A DNA stretch of 64,000 nucleotides from Eledone cirrhosa (taxonomy: Eukaryota), in assembly GCA_964016885.1 (NCBI GenBank), contig OZ024748.1, positions 39,618,001 through 39,682,000 of the forward strand. Direction: 5' to 3'. The position numbers and the translations under genes were made by a program. Under the pieces are notes generated by a model. That model was given only the letters and a program-made list of their open reading frames with translations, had not been told where the DNA came from and did no database searches. Below, piece by piece: positions 26,741 to 37,697 of the stretch. Numbering within the stretch: the first letter of the stretch is position 1; each line of letters opens with the position of its first letter.

Positions 26741-27084
26741 GACAATGTCTGCAAACAATGAGTTGAACATTTTAACACCAAGAAATATATGATAAGTAAA
26801 AACTACAGTTAACAGATTTTTGTGTTTTGAATTACTAAAGTGACTCGTGTACAATGTAATTGGTATATATATATATACTCACTCTATATGTATGTGTTTT
26901 TATATAAATATGTAAATAGTTGTGTATATATATATATATATATATAGTTGTTATATAGTAAGGTGTATTATTGGTTGTGTCATACGGTCCAATAAACTTT
27001 TGTTAGCAATATTAAGTTCTCCACGCTTTTGTATATCCCAATTCCATTTAAGGGAACAGCTAGATGATGTAAAATGGAGTATTT

Positions 27085-28325
27085 GTATCAAAATAAAGAT
27101 CCGAAAGCATGGTATAAATTTCCAATCATTTTAATCACAACACGTTTCAATAAGGGATAGATTACGCGCATTCACCATTACTTTAGAATACCCTAACCAT
27201 AGAGTTCTCTCAGTTAGGAAATAGACGTATTACACACTCAGTTAAGAACGTTACGCTCTTTATACATAATTCTACACAGTACCCGGTTTCTTTAGACACA
27301 GAGTTGCCACAGTTATGACCAGTCATGATCTTGTCGATTGAATACTACACTAGGTTTTGGTCTGTGATCCTCTAACCAAGGAGTGCTCACAGTTTGCTGA
27401 ATGGACAATACCACTTACACGCCATCAATGGAATTACACACATCCCCGGTGTTTTGTTATTTTATTTTGTGTTGGGTAACACACCTCCACCACTCAGACA
27501 CTTATCTTAAAGGCCCGTGGGCCCATTTGACGGGAAAACGCACACACTGACAGCTTAACTCAAATACCCAACCCTATATGGAGCCCCTTGTTGGCCTACA
27601 TGGCAGGTGCTTGCACGCACAGACTCGGGGACCCAGATTCTCAACGGGACAACGGCACATATAGAGTTCGATACGAGCTGACTACTTGCTCTACACATGG
27701 ATGTGTATATACCAAAGCATACACTATTTAGACGATACAGATGTTACAATTCAATCGATACACGTATAGCAGAACGTTGAAGGGAATTTACTTGCGTGTG
27801 TATAGTGTTGTGGTTGACCCAATTTTTTTCTAATTTACATCGTGAAAATTGAGATTTGACCAATATAACGTTTGTTGTTTTGTAACCTAACTTTTGGTGC
27901 ATACTGTGTTGCTGTGTATATTTTTTTTTCTCTGACCTCGCGTCGGTGTGTGTGAGTGTGTGTCCACTCAATAACACTAATTGTGACGGACCAAAATTCT
28001 ACAGATCTGGTGCTGAGATTAGACCTGTCCAGCGTCTTTTACAGCTATTGAGAGATAGAGACTTGATAGATTTATGACCCTGACTGAAGACAATAGCAGT
28101 TGTCGTGTTTTGGCTGCTGATTATTCATATGGGGAACAAAACTCCAGTGAGTGAACATCGTTAGTTTTTCCTCCCTCATATCAAAGATTTGAAGACATTT
28201 CATTATTCACCTGATGAGATCAGTGATAATCGATCATGACCACACGATCGATCCCTTATTGAAACATGTGTCGTGATTAAAATGATTGGAAATGTATACC
28301 ATGCCTTCGGATCTTTATTTTGATA
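27085..28325 (+). mobile_element. Non-coding Penelope-derived element with about 75-bp inverted ends and a hammerhead
   Basis: 27085-27160 is the reverse complement of 28250-28325 (atcaaaataaagatccgaa..ccaatcattttaatcac..gtttcaataagggat). Confidence 0.7.
28200..28285 (+). ncRNA. Type I hammerhead ribozyme
   Basis: tcac-CTGATGA (28211-17), long stem II, GAAA (28261-64), c-atgt-g-TC, then gtga. Stem I is tcac/gtga, extended by tcatt/aatga; the cleavage triplet is GUC at 28270-72. Confidence 0.75.
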
Positions 28326-28362
28326 TATATATATAAAACTGAATTTACATTTTTTTTTCCAG

Positions 28363-29754
28363 TCTCCAAGCAATGGAACCTTACAGGATTAAGGTATTTT
28401 ATCCAGTCAATTTAATCCCCAAGTCTGACCGTATTGCATGTCTAAAAGCTGCCAACTACAACCCCTTTCTACTTAAATCGAAAGACATATTTATAGATTT
28501 GCTAACAGATTCTGGTACAGGAAGTCAAAGCAGTGCCCAGTGGTCGGCTATGACTAAAGCCGGCTATTCAACTATTAATTCCGAATACGTTAAGGAATTT
28601 GTACGTACAATTCAACACATTACCAATTTCAAACATGTATTTCCAGTTCATCAAGGTCGAGGAGCCGAAGGTTTGTTGGCAAAACTCCTACTGAATAAAG
28701 AGAGTGTTGTACTGAGTAATTCTCTGTTTGACACAACACGAGCACACGTTGAGTCATCTGGTGCAATTGGAATAGATTTGGCAACAAAGTCTTCAAAATT
28801 CTTAGGTGATGCCGATGTGGAAAAATTTGAAGAAACACTGGATGAATATGGTTCTAGAGTTCATCTTGTAATAATAACCTGCACCAATAATGTGGTAGCC
28901 GGAGCTCCTGTGAGCATGCAAAATATAGAAATCATAACAAAATTATGTCGAAACAAGAATATCCCAGTTATAATGGACGCATGCCGTTTTGTTGAAAATG
29001 CTTATTTTATCAAGACCTTAGACGAAAAATATTCTAAACACACAATCTTAGATATTGCCAGCGAAATGTTTTCTTATTTTGATGGTGCAACTATGTCTTT
29101 AAAGAAAGATGGTATGAGCAATGAAGGTGGGTTTATAGCTTTCAACAACGACAAATGGGCCACCAAAATATTTGACATAATCGAATATAAAAGTGGTTAT
29201 TCAACTTACGGGGGAATAACTGGATCAAATCTTGTAGCATGTACTGTCGGAATTTCTGAGGCTATGAACGAAAATTACCTCCGATCAAGAATCTATCAGG
29301 CTAAATTACTGGCTGATTTCTTGGAAGATAATAATATTCCCGTATTTAAACCAGTAGGGGCCCATGCCGTCTACGTGAAAGCAAACAAAGTCTTGCCACA
29401 CCTTGATTTCTTGAAGTATCCAGCATGGTCCCTTAATTGTGCCGTATATATATCGAAGGTGGTATTCGATATGGAGAAATTGGCAATATAATGTTTGGTG
29501 AAAATTCAGATGGAACTAAACAAATTCATCCCTTTGAATATGTGCGTTTGGGTTTACCCAGAAGAACCTATACGGTCAACCATCCGCATTTTGTGGCCAA
29601 AACTTTTGGTTTTGTTGCCAAAAAAGCCCATTTAATCCACGGAATGGAAATTGTCAAATCTTCGCATCTCCTAAGACATTTCACAATTTGGATGAGACCA
29701 TTAAATGAATACCACCTTGAAAAGAATAATAATCAGAAAAAAATAAACTGTTGA
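28363..29754 (+). CDS. Tryptophanase-like paralog B; carries the PLP-binding residues; 2-bp frameshift at about 29445-29453 (mutation or sequence error)
   Basis: MEPYRIK, DLLTDSGT, HQGRGAE, FDTTRAH, TNN..GAPVSM, MDACRF, SLKKDG (Lys 29105-07), then in the shifted frame IEGGIR.GEIG, VRLGLPRRTY and LRHFT. Acceptor ttttttttccAG at 28361-62; ATG at 28373 in gcaATGg context. Confidence 0.9.
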
Positions 29755-30457
29755 AGTCTGCCATAAATTACGATGTCAGTTATCTCTTGTGTACAGAAGA
29801 AGTTCATTAGAAGTATATATCACACTGGCCAAATTACCCACACCTTGCTGCGTTTCACACTTTTTTTTTTTTTAAAGAAAATGATGAATGATTTTAAATC
29901 AGCGATATAATTTATGGAGAAAAACTCTGCATTTCAATATTACTCAATGTAAAATGTAATACATGAAAAATTGGAAAACATTATTTTTTGTTATATATCA
30001 AATCAAAATTACATCATTAAATCTGATTCTTATTTTGTTTCTTGTAAATAATTTTTTTCAAAATATCAATTCAAAACTTTTGTGAATAGGGCATCATATC
30101 TTGTCATTTACATATGGTTTAAATTTCATATAAATCGAAAGGAAAAAATTTTCAGCAGGGATTTGTGCCTCCGGGGAACTCTTTGATTAAAATGAAATAT
30201 ACTTATCCAAGTAACCTGGGAAATGTAGTTTCAGAATATATATGGTTATGGGGATCTAGCTCCAAAACTATAGGAGGAGTTCATGAACAAACAAACAGAC
30301 AGGAACTACAACTTTATATATATAGATTACTACCTACGTTTAAATGGGTTTTATATAAATGAATTTAAATGGCTTTTAATGGGTACATGTGTGTGCTTAT
30401 ATTAGTGAAGAAGTGCTTGCTTAATAACTATGACATATGACTTCATAACACATATTA

Positions 30458-30648
30458 TTGTGGTGGATTGGCAGTATTGGGAGAGGGTCGGATGCCATGC
30501 TTTGACGTATAGAGTTACGGCCCTTGCCATTCTGAGTTCAAATCCCGCCGAGGTTAACTTTGCCTTTCATCCTTACGGGGTCGATAAAATAAAGTACCAG
30601 TAATGCACTGGATATTTGCTGACCGTGTGCCTAACTTAGAAACAATTA
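30458..30648 (+). mobile_element. SINE, family 1
   Basis: Full-length match to the 15165 copy. Confidence 0.88.
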
Positions 30649-31289
30649 TAAAGAGAAATTCGTATTTTCTTGCATGTTTACATGCCTACATATTAAATAT
30701 ATGTATAGTTCTACACACAGTCTCAGCTACACACTCTGTATTTATGCAGATATAATTTTATCATTCACTATGGCTGCTAGCATACTTCTTAATATATATA
30801 TATTAAATAAGTACCAATACAAACGCTAATTAAATGCAAATTAATTTCATTGGTACAAGAGATTTCAACACATTCTGCTTTTCAACTCGGCAAAAATACA
30901 GAGAGTTTGGCTAATATAGCAACATAGCTACACACACTTGCTAACCCTAACCCCTGCCGAAATTGAAACTAGCTGAGTTTGCTTCACAGGTTACTAAATA
31001 TCACGACTATGTATTCTACAATTGCACACACAATATACTGCATGTATACTTGCACCTTTTTCTGTTTTCATTGCTGCACCTTAACAACGAAGTAAATCAT
31101 TTTATAAATAAAAATATTTAAATTAGCAGTGTCTTGTTTATTTGTTAATTCTTATCCACGTGATTTGGAAAAATCATCTTACCCAGGGTAATATCACTTC
31201 ACAGTACACATCAGGAGTGGTTTATTTGACCAATGCGGTCAAACTTCTCTGGACTCGCAGACATACTTGGCATTGCTTCACCAACATAG

Positions 31290-31450
31290 TAAAACCAACC
31301 AGCAGGAGTCCCAGGGGTAGACCCCAAGCAGGATGGATGGATAACATCCATGAGCTTGGCTGGTCTTGCTTGGGGATCGAGCCAGATCAGTTGGAAACGG
31401 TTGCTTCTGACAGAACCTGCTGGAAGGAGTGTCTGAGGATTCTGCAACAG
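31290..31450 (+). mobile_element. RTE-like LINE 3' end fragment
   Basis: Reverse complement of 25735-25890 (KPTSRSPRGRPQAGWMDNI). Confidence 0.7.
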
Positions 31451-31454
31451 CATT

Positions 31455-31822
31455 TGGAAGATTATACTGAAGACTTGGGCATGTGGAAGAGCTGCATGAA
31501 GTTACTGAATGATGAGCAGAAGGAGCGACATGTGCAGGTGCGTAAGCACATCCTCAAGCATTTTGAAATCAAACCAGACATTTTCCTTTTCCCCAAGCTG
31601 AAGAGGGTCATCAGAGGAACCTGAGGTAGAAGCCATGAAGAGGGCTATATTAGCAGAGCTATGGAGAATTCTGGGTGAATCCATCCAAGAGTGCAGGGAG
31701 AAGAAAGATGGGAAATTGTGTTTGACCCAAGGGGGATTATTCTGAAAAGGAAAACTTCTAGTTCGGATTTGAAATATTTTATTTTGCAACTTCTGTCCTG
31801 TTTCTTTTCTGTCACTCCATAT
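31455..31822 (+). mobile_element. Internally deleted mariner-like transposase remnant
   Basis: TEDLGM.K...KLLNDEQKERHVQV and PDIFLFPKLKRVIRGT resemble the WVPK-adjacent and DFFLFPKLK mariner motifs. Confidence 0.6.
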
Positions 31823-31829
31823 ATATATA

Positions 31830-32160
31830 TACATGGCTTAGTGGTTAGAGCATTTTCCTTGCAATCGAAAGGTTTGAGTTCAATTCTCAGACCGGGTGAT
31901 GTGTTGTTTCCTTGAGCAAGACACTTTATTTCACATTGCTCCAGTTTACTCAGCTGTAGAAATGAGATGATAGGGACTGGGGTCCCTATCATTCCACTGC
32001 AAAGTGGTCATGGAGGTGCCACGGCAAAAAAGCACCCAGCACTCACTGTAAATGAGGTTGGTGTTAGGAAGGGCATACAGCTGTAAAAATCAAGCCAGAA
32101 TCAGTTCCCGTCCTACCCTTGCAAGCAGGGAAAAGTGGACGTAAAATGATGATGATGATG
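31830..32160 (+). mobile_element. tRNA-derived SINE, family 2, with (ATG)n tail; second copy at 51316-51652
   Basis: A-box tggcttagtgg and B-box gagttcaattc; the two copies are nearly identical. Confidence 0.88.
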
Positions 32161-32924
32161 ATATATATGGATAATAGGATGAATTTGGTACAACCAATAA
32201 ATTATAAAGGCAACAAATATTTTCTTGTTTTAATATTGCAGTTTATACATATCTTAAGAAGCAGTATAAGAAAAGCTTACATTTCATTTTCAAACTTAAG
32301 TAAAAAATAAAATATATATTTATTTTCAATTTTTAAAATGCGAGCAAAAACATAAAATCGATTTCAATATTCATCACACACACATATATATACATGTATA
32401 TTATTTGGAAAAAAAAAGGGGGTGGGGTAAAGTTTTATACAAAAAAATGATGACCAGTTCGAATATTTGAGAGAAAACTCAAGTATATTCGAACTGCTCA
32501 GATATTAAAAAAAATTTTTTTATTAATATTCAATATTTAACATCTAATATTTGATAAAATTGTTTTACCAATCGAAACCAGTTATATTTAATGCAACAAT
32601 TATAAAATTATTCATTCTGTCAGATTAAAGAAAAAATAATCTTTTAATATTCCCTGAACTTTGGCAATTTCAACCCCCTACCAACAGTACTGCTGGTTCA
32701 CTCTGGGTCACAGCGTCTGAGACAAGTCAGAGCGTAGTGTCCAAATAATTATTTTAAATTATTCTATGAAAAATAAAAATTAATTACACGTATCTAAATA
32801 TCACAATTTGTTTTGTTGGATGATCTACCAACTTTGCCATCAACCAGTCATTTCTATCAAATAATTTCCAATAATATTTGTGAATATGAAAAGGTAAAGA
32901 AAGATCGATATATGTGTGTGTATA

Positions 32925-35900
32925 TATAACGTCTGAAGAGCTCAGGCTGTCATACCTGATAGTCCTCAGTGAAATATGTATAACGTCTGAAGAGCTCAGG
33001 CTGTCATAACTGATAGTCCTCGGTGAAATATGTATAACGTCTGAAGAGCTCAGGCTGTCATAACTGATAGTCCTCAGTGAAATATGTATAACGTCTGAAG
33101 AGCTCAGGCTGTCATAACTGATAGTCCTCAGTGAAATATGTATAACGTCTGAAGAGCTCAGGCTGTCATAACTGATAGTCCTCAGTGAAATATGTATAAC
33201 GTCTGAAGAGCTCAGGCTGTCATAACTGATAGTCCTCAGTGAAATATGTATAACGTCTGAAGAGCTCAGGCTGTCATAACTGATAGTCCTCAGTGAAATG
33301 TGTATAACGTCTGAAGAGCTCAGGCTGTCATAACTGATAGTCCTCAGTGAAATATGTATAACGTCTGAAGAGCTCAGGCTGTCATAACTGATAGTCCTCA
33401 GTGAAATGTGTATAACGTCTGAAGAGCTCAGGCTGTCATAACTGATAGTCCTCAGTGAAATATGTATAACGTCTGAAGAGCTCAGGCTGTCATAACTGAT
33501 AGTCCTCAGTGAAATATGTATAACGTCTGAAGAGCTCAGGCTGTCATAACTGATAGTCCTCAGTGAAATATGTATAACGTCTGAAGAGCTCAGGCTGTCA
33601 TAACTGATAGTCCTCAGTGAAATGTGTATAACGTCTGAAGAGCTCAGGCTGTCATAACTGATAGTCCTCAGTGAAATGTGTATAACGTCTGAAGAGCTCA
33701 GGCTGTCATAACTGATAGTCCTCAGTGAAATATGTATAACGTCTGAAGAGCTCAGGCTGTCAAAACTGATAGTCCTCAGTGAAATGTGTATAACGTTTGA
33801 AGAGCTCAGGCTGTCATAACTGATAGTCCTCGGTGAAATGTGTATAACGTCTGAAGAGCTCAGTCTGTCATAACTGATGGTCCTCAGTGAAATGTGTATA
33901 ACGTCTGAAGAGCTCAGGCTGTCATAACTGATAGTCCTCAGTGAAATGTGTATAACGTCTGAAGAGCTCAGGCTATCATAACTGATAGTCCTCAGTGAAA
34001 TATGTATAACGTCTGAAGAGCTCAGGCTGTCATAACTGATAGTCCTCAGTGAAATGTGTATAACGTCTGAAGAGCTCAGGCTGTCATAACTGATAGTCCT
34101 CAGTGAAATATGTATAACGTCTGAAGAGCTCAGGCTGTCATAACTGATAGTCCTCAGTGAAATGTGTATAACGTCTGAAGAGCTCAGGCTGTCATAACTG
34201 ATAGTCCTCAGTGAAATGTGTATAACGTCTGAAGAGCTCAGGCTGTCATAACTGATAGTCCTCAGTGAAATATGTATAACGTCTGAAGAGCTCAGGCTGT
34301 CATAACTGATAGTCCTCAGTGAAATGTGTATAACGTTTGAAGAGCTCAGGCTGTCATAACTGATAGTCCTCGGTGAAATGTGTATAACGTCTGAAGAGCT
34401 CAGTCTGTCATAACTGATAGTCCTCAGTGAAATGTGTATAACGTCTGAAGAGCTCAGGCTGTCATAACTGATAGTCCTCAGTGAAATGTGTATAACGTCT
34501 GAAGAGCTCAGGCTGTTATAACTGATAGTCCTCAGTGAAATATGTATAACGTCTGAAGAGCTCAGGCTGTCATAACTGATAGTCCTCAGTGAAATGTGTA
34601 TAACGTCTGAAGAGCTCAGGCTGTCATAACTGATAGTCCTCAGTGAAATATGTATAACGTCTGAAGAGCTCAGGCTGTCATAACTGATAGTCCTCAGTGA
34701 AATGTGTATAACGTCTGAAGAGCTCAGGCTGTCATAACTGATAGTCCTCAGTGAAATATGTATAACGTCTGAAGAGCTCAGGCTGTCATAACTGATAGTC
34801 CTCAGTGAAATATGTATAACGTCTGAAGAGCTCAGGCTGTCATAACTGATAGTCCTCAGTGAAATATGTATAACGTCTGAAGAGCTCAGGCTGTCATAAC
34901 TGATAGTCCTCAGTGAAATGTGTATAACGTCTGAAGAGCTCAGGCTGTCATAACTGATAGTCCTCAGTGAAATGTGTATAACGTCTGAAGAGCTCAGGCT
35001 GTCATAACTGATAGTCCTCAGTGAAATGTGTATAACGTCTGAAGAGCTCAGGCTGTCATAACTGATAGTCCTCAGTGAAATGTGTATAACGTCTGGAGAG
35101 CTCAGGCTGTCTGTCATAACTGATAGTCCTCGGTGAAATGTGTATAACGTCTGAAGAGCTCAGTCTGTCATAACTGATAGTCCTCAGTGAAATGTGTATA
35201 ACGTCTGAAGAGCTCAGGCTGTCATAACTGATAGTCCTCGGTGAAATATGTATAACGTCTGAAGAGCTCAGGCTGTCATAACTGATAGTCCTCAGTGAAA
35301 TATGTATAGCGTCTGAAGAGCTCAGGCTGTCATAACTGATAGTCCTCAGTGAAATATGTATAACGTCTGAAGAGCTCAGGCTGTCATAACTGATAGTCCT
35401 CAGTGAAATGTGTATAACGTCTGAAGAGCTCAGGCTGTCATAACTGATAGTCCTCAGTGAAATATGTATAACGTCTGAAGAGCTCAGGCTGTCATAACTG
35501 ATAGTCCTCAGTGAAATATGTATAACGTCTGAAGAGCTCAGGCTGTCATAACTGATAGTCCTCAGTGAAATATGTATAACGTCTGAAGAGCTCAGGCTGT
35601 CATAACTGATAGTCCTCAGTGAAATGTGTATAACGTCTGAAGAGCTCAGGCTGTCATAACTGATAGTCCTCAGTGAAATGTGTATAACGTCTGAAGAGCT
35701 CAGGCTGTCATAACTGATAGTCCTCAGTGAAATGTGTATAACGTCTGAAGAGCTCAGGCTGTCATAACTGATAGTCCTCAGTGAAATGTGTATAACGTCT
35801 GGAGAGCTCAGGCTGTCTGTCATAACTGATAGTCCTCGGTGAAATGTGTATAACGTCTGAAGAGCTCAGTCTGTCATAACTGATAGTCCTCAGTGAAATG

Positions 35901-37477
35901 TGTATAACGTCTGAAGAGCTCAGGCTGTCATAACTGATAGTCCTCGGTGAAATATGTATAACGTCTGAAGAGCTCAGGCTGTCATAACTGATAGTCCTCA
36001 GTGAAATATGTATAGCGTCTGAAGAGCTCAGGCTGTCATAACTGATAGTCCTCAGTGAAATATGTATAACGTCTGAAGAGCTCAGGCTGTCATAACTGAT
36101 AGTCCTCAGTGAAATGTGTATAACGTCTGAAGAGCTCAGGCTGTCATAACTGATAATCCTCAGTGAATTGTGTATAACGTCTGAAGAGCTCAGGCTGTCA
36201 TAACTGATAGTCCTCAGTGAAATGTGTATAACGTCTGAAGAGCTCAGGCTGTCATAACTGATAGTCCTCAGTGAAATATGTATAACGTCTGAAGAGCTCA
36301 GGCTGTCATAACTGATAGTCCTCAGTGAAATGTGTATAACGTTTGAAGAGCTCAGGCTGTCATAACTGATAGTCCTCGGTGAAATGTGTATAACGTCTGA
36401 AGAGCTCAGTCTGTCATAACTGATAGTCCTCAGTGAAATGTGTATAACGTCTGAAGAGCTCAGGCTGTCATAACTGATAGTCCTCAGTGAAATGTGTATA
36501 ACGTCTGAAGAGCTCAGGCTGTCATAACTGATAGTCCTCAGTGAAATATGTATAACGTCTGAAGAGCTCAGGCTGTCATAACTGATAGTCCTCAGTGAAA
36601 TGTGTATAACGTCTGAAGAGCTCAGGCTGTCATAACTGATAGTCCTCAGTGAAATATGTATAACGTCTGAAGAGCTCAGGCTGTCATAACTGATAGTCCT
36701 CAGTGAAATGTGTATAACGTCTGAAGAGCTCAGGCTGTCATAACTGATAGTCCTCAGTGAAATATGTATAACGTCTGAAGAGCTCAGGCTGTCATAACTG
36801 ATAGTCCTCAGTGAAATATGTATAACGTCTGAAGAGCTCAGGCTGTCATAACTGATAGTCCTCAGTGAAATATGTATAACGTCTGAAGAGCTCAGGCTGT
36901 CATAACTGATAGTCCTCAGTGAAATGTGTATAACGTCTGAAGAGCTCAGGCTGTCATAACTGATAGTCCTCAGTGAAATGTGTATAACGTCTGAAGAGCT
37001 CAGGCTGTCATAACTGATAGTCCTCAGTGAAATATGTATTACGTCTGAAGAGCTCAGGCTGTCATAACTGATAGTCCTCAGTGAAATGTGTATAACGTCT
37101 GGAGAGCTCAGGCTGTCTGTCATAACTGATAGTCCTCGGTGAAATGTGTATAACGTCTGAAGAGCTCAGTCTGTCATAACTGATAGTCCTCAGTGAAATG
37201 TGTATAACGTCTGAAGAGCTCAGGCTGTCATAACTGATAGTCCTCGGTGAAATATGTATAACGTCTGAAGAGCTCAGGCTTTCATAACTGATAGTCCTCA
37301 GTGAAATATGTATAGCGTCTGAAGAGCTCAGGCTGTCATAACTGATAGTCCTCAGTGAAATATGTATAACGTCTGAAGAGCTCAGGCTGTCATAACTGAT
37401 AGTCCTCAGTGAAATGTGTATAACGTCTGAAGAGCTCAGGCTGTCATAACTGATAGTCCTCAGAGAAATGTGTATAG
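32925..37477 (+). repeat. 54-bp satellite, about 84 units, each a hammerhead-ribozyme-like motif
   Basis: Unit: acgt-CTGAAGA-gctcaggctgtca-taac-tgatagtcctcagt-GAAA-tatgta-TA. Confidence 0.97.
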
Positions 37478-37697
37478 CAGAGTTTTAAATAAATCTGAAT
37501 CGACTGATAATGGCCTCCAACCTTTTAATAGTGTGTGTGTGTGCGTATACATATGAGATTGTTTAGCCTTATATACCTTTCCACAATATATATATAAGTA
37601 GAAGTGGTATTTAATTTGTTGGAAGTCCGACAAACATAGATGTTTATAACTGATTTAGAGCACTCAACAAGTTACTGGAGTAAATATTCAATGATAT

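Noticed and set aside
22639-29754. Bacterial contamination or a tna operon
   Set aside because: No tnaB/tnaC or other bacterial genes; flanks are animal TEs; conserved splice acceptors are present.
31178-31290. Minus-strand CCTGG|GTAAG donor resembling the 51070 exon end
   Set aside because: In-frame TGA four codons upstream, no good acceptor, and no lyase exon downstream on that strand.
31830-31910. tRNA gene (also 51316)
   Set aside because: A/B boxes run into a 330-bp repeated body with a simple-repeat tail, so this is a SINE head.
32784-37123. 255-777 aa Ser-rich repeat ORFs on the minus strand
   Set aside because: Stop-free frame of the 54-bp satellite, broken by 4-bp insertions. The plus-strand RNA structure explains the unit better.
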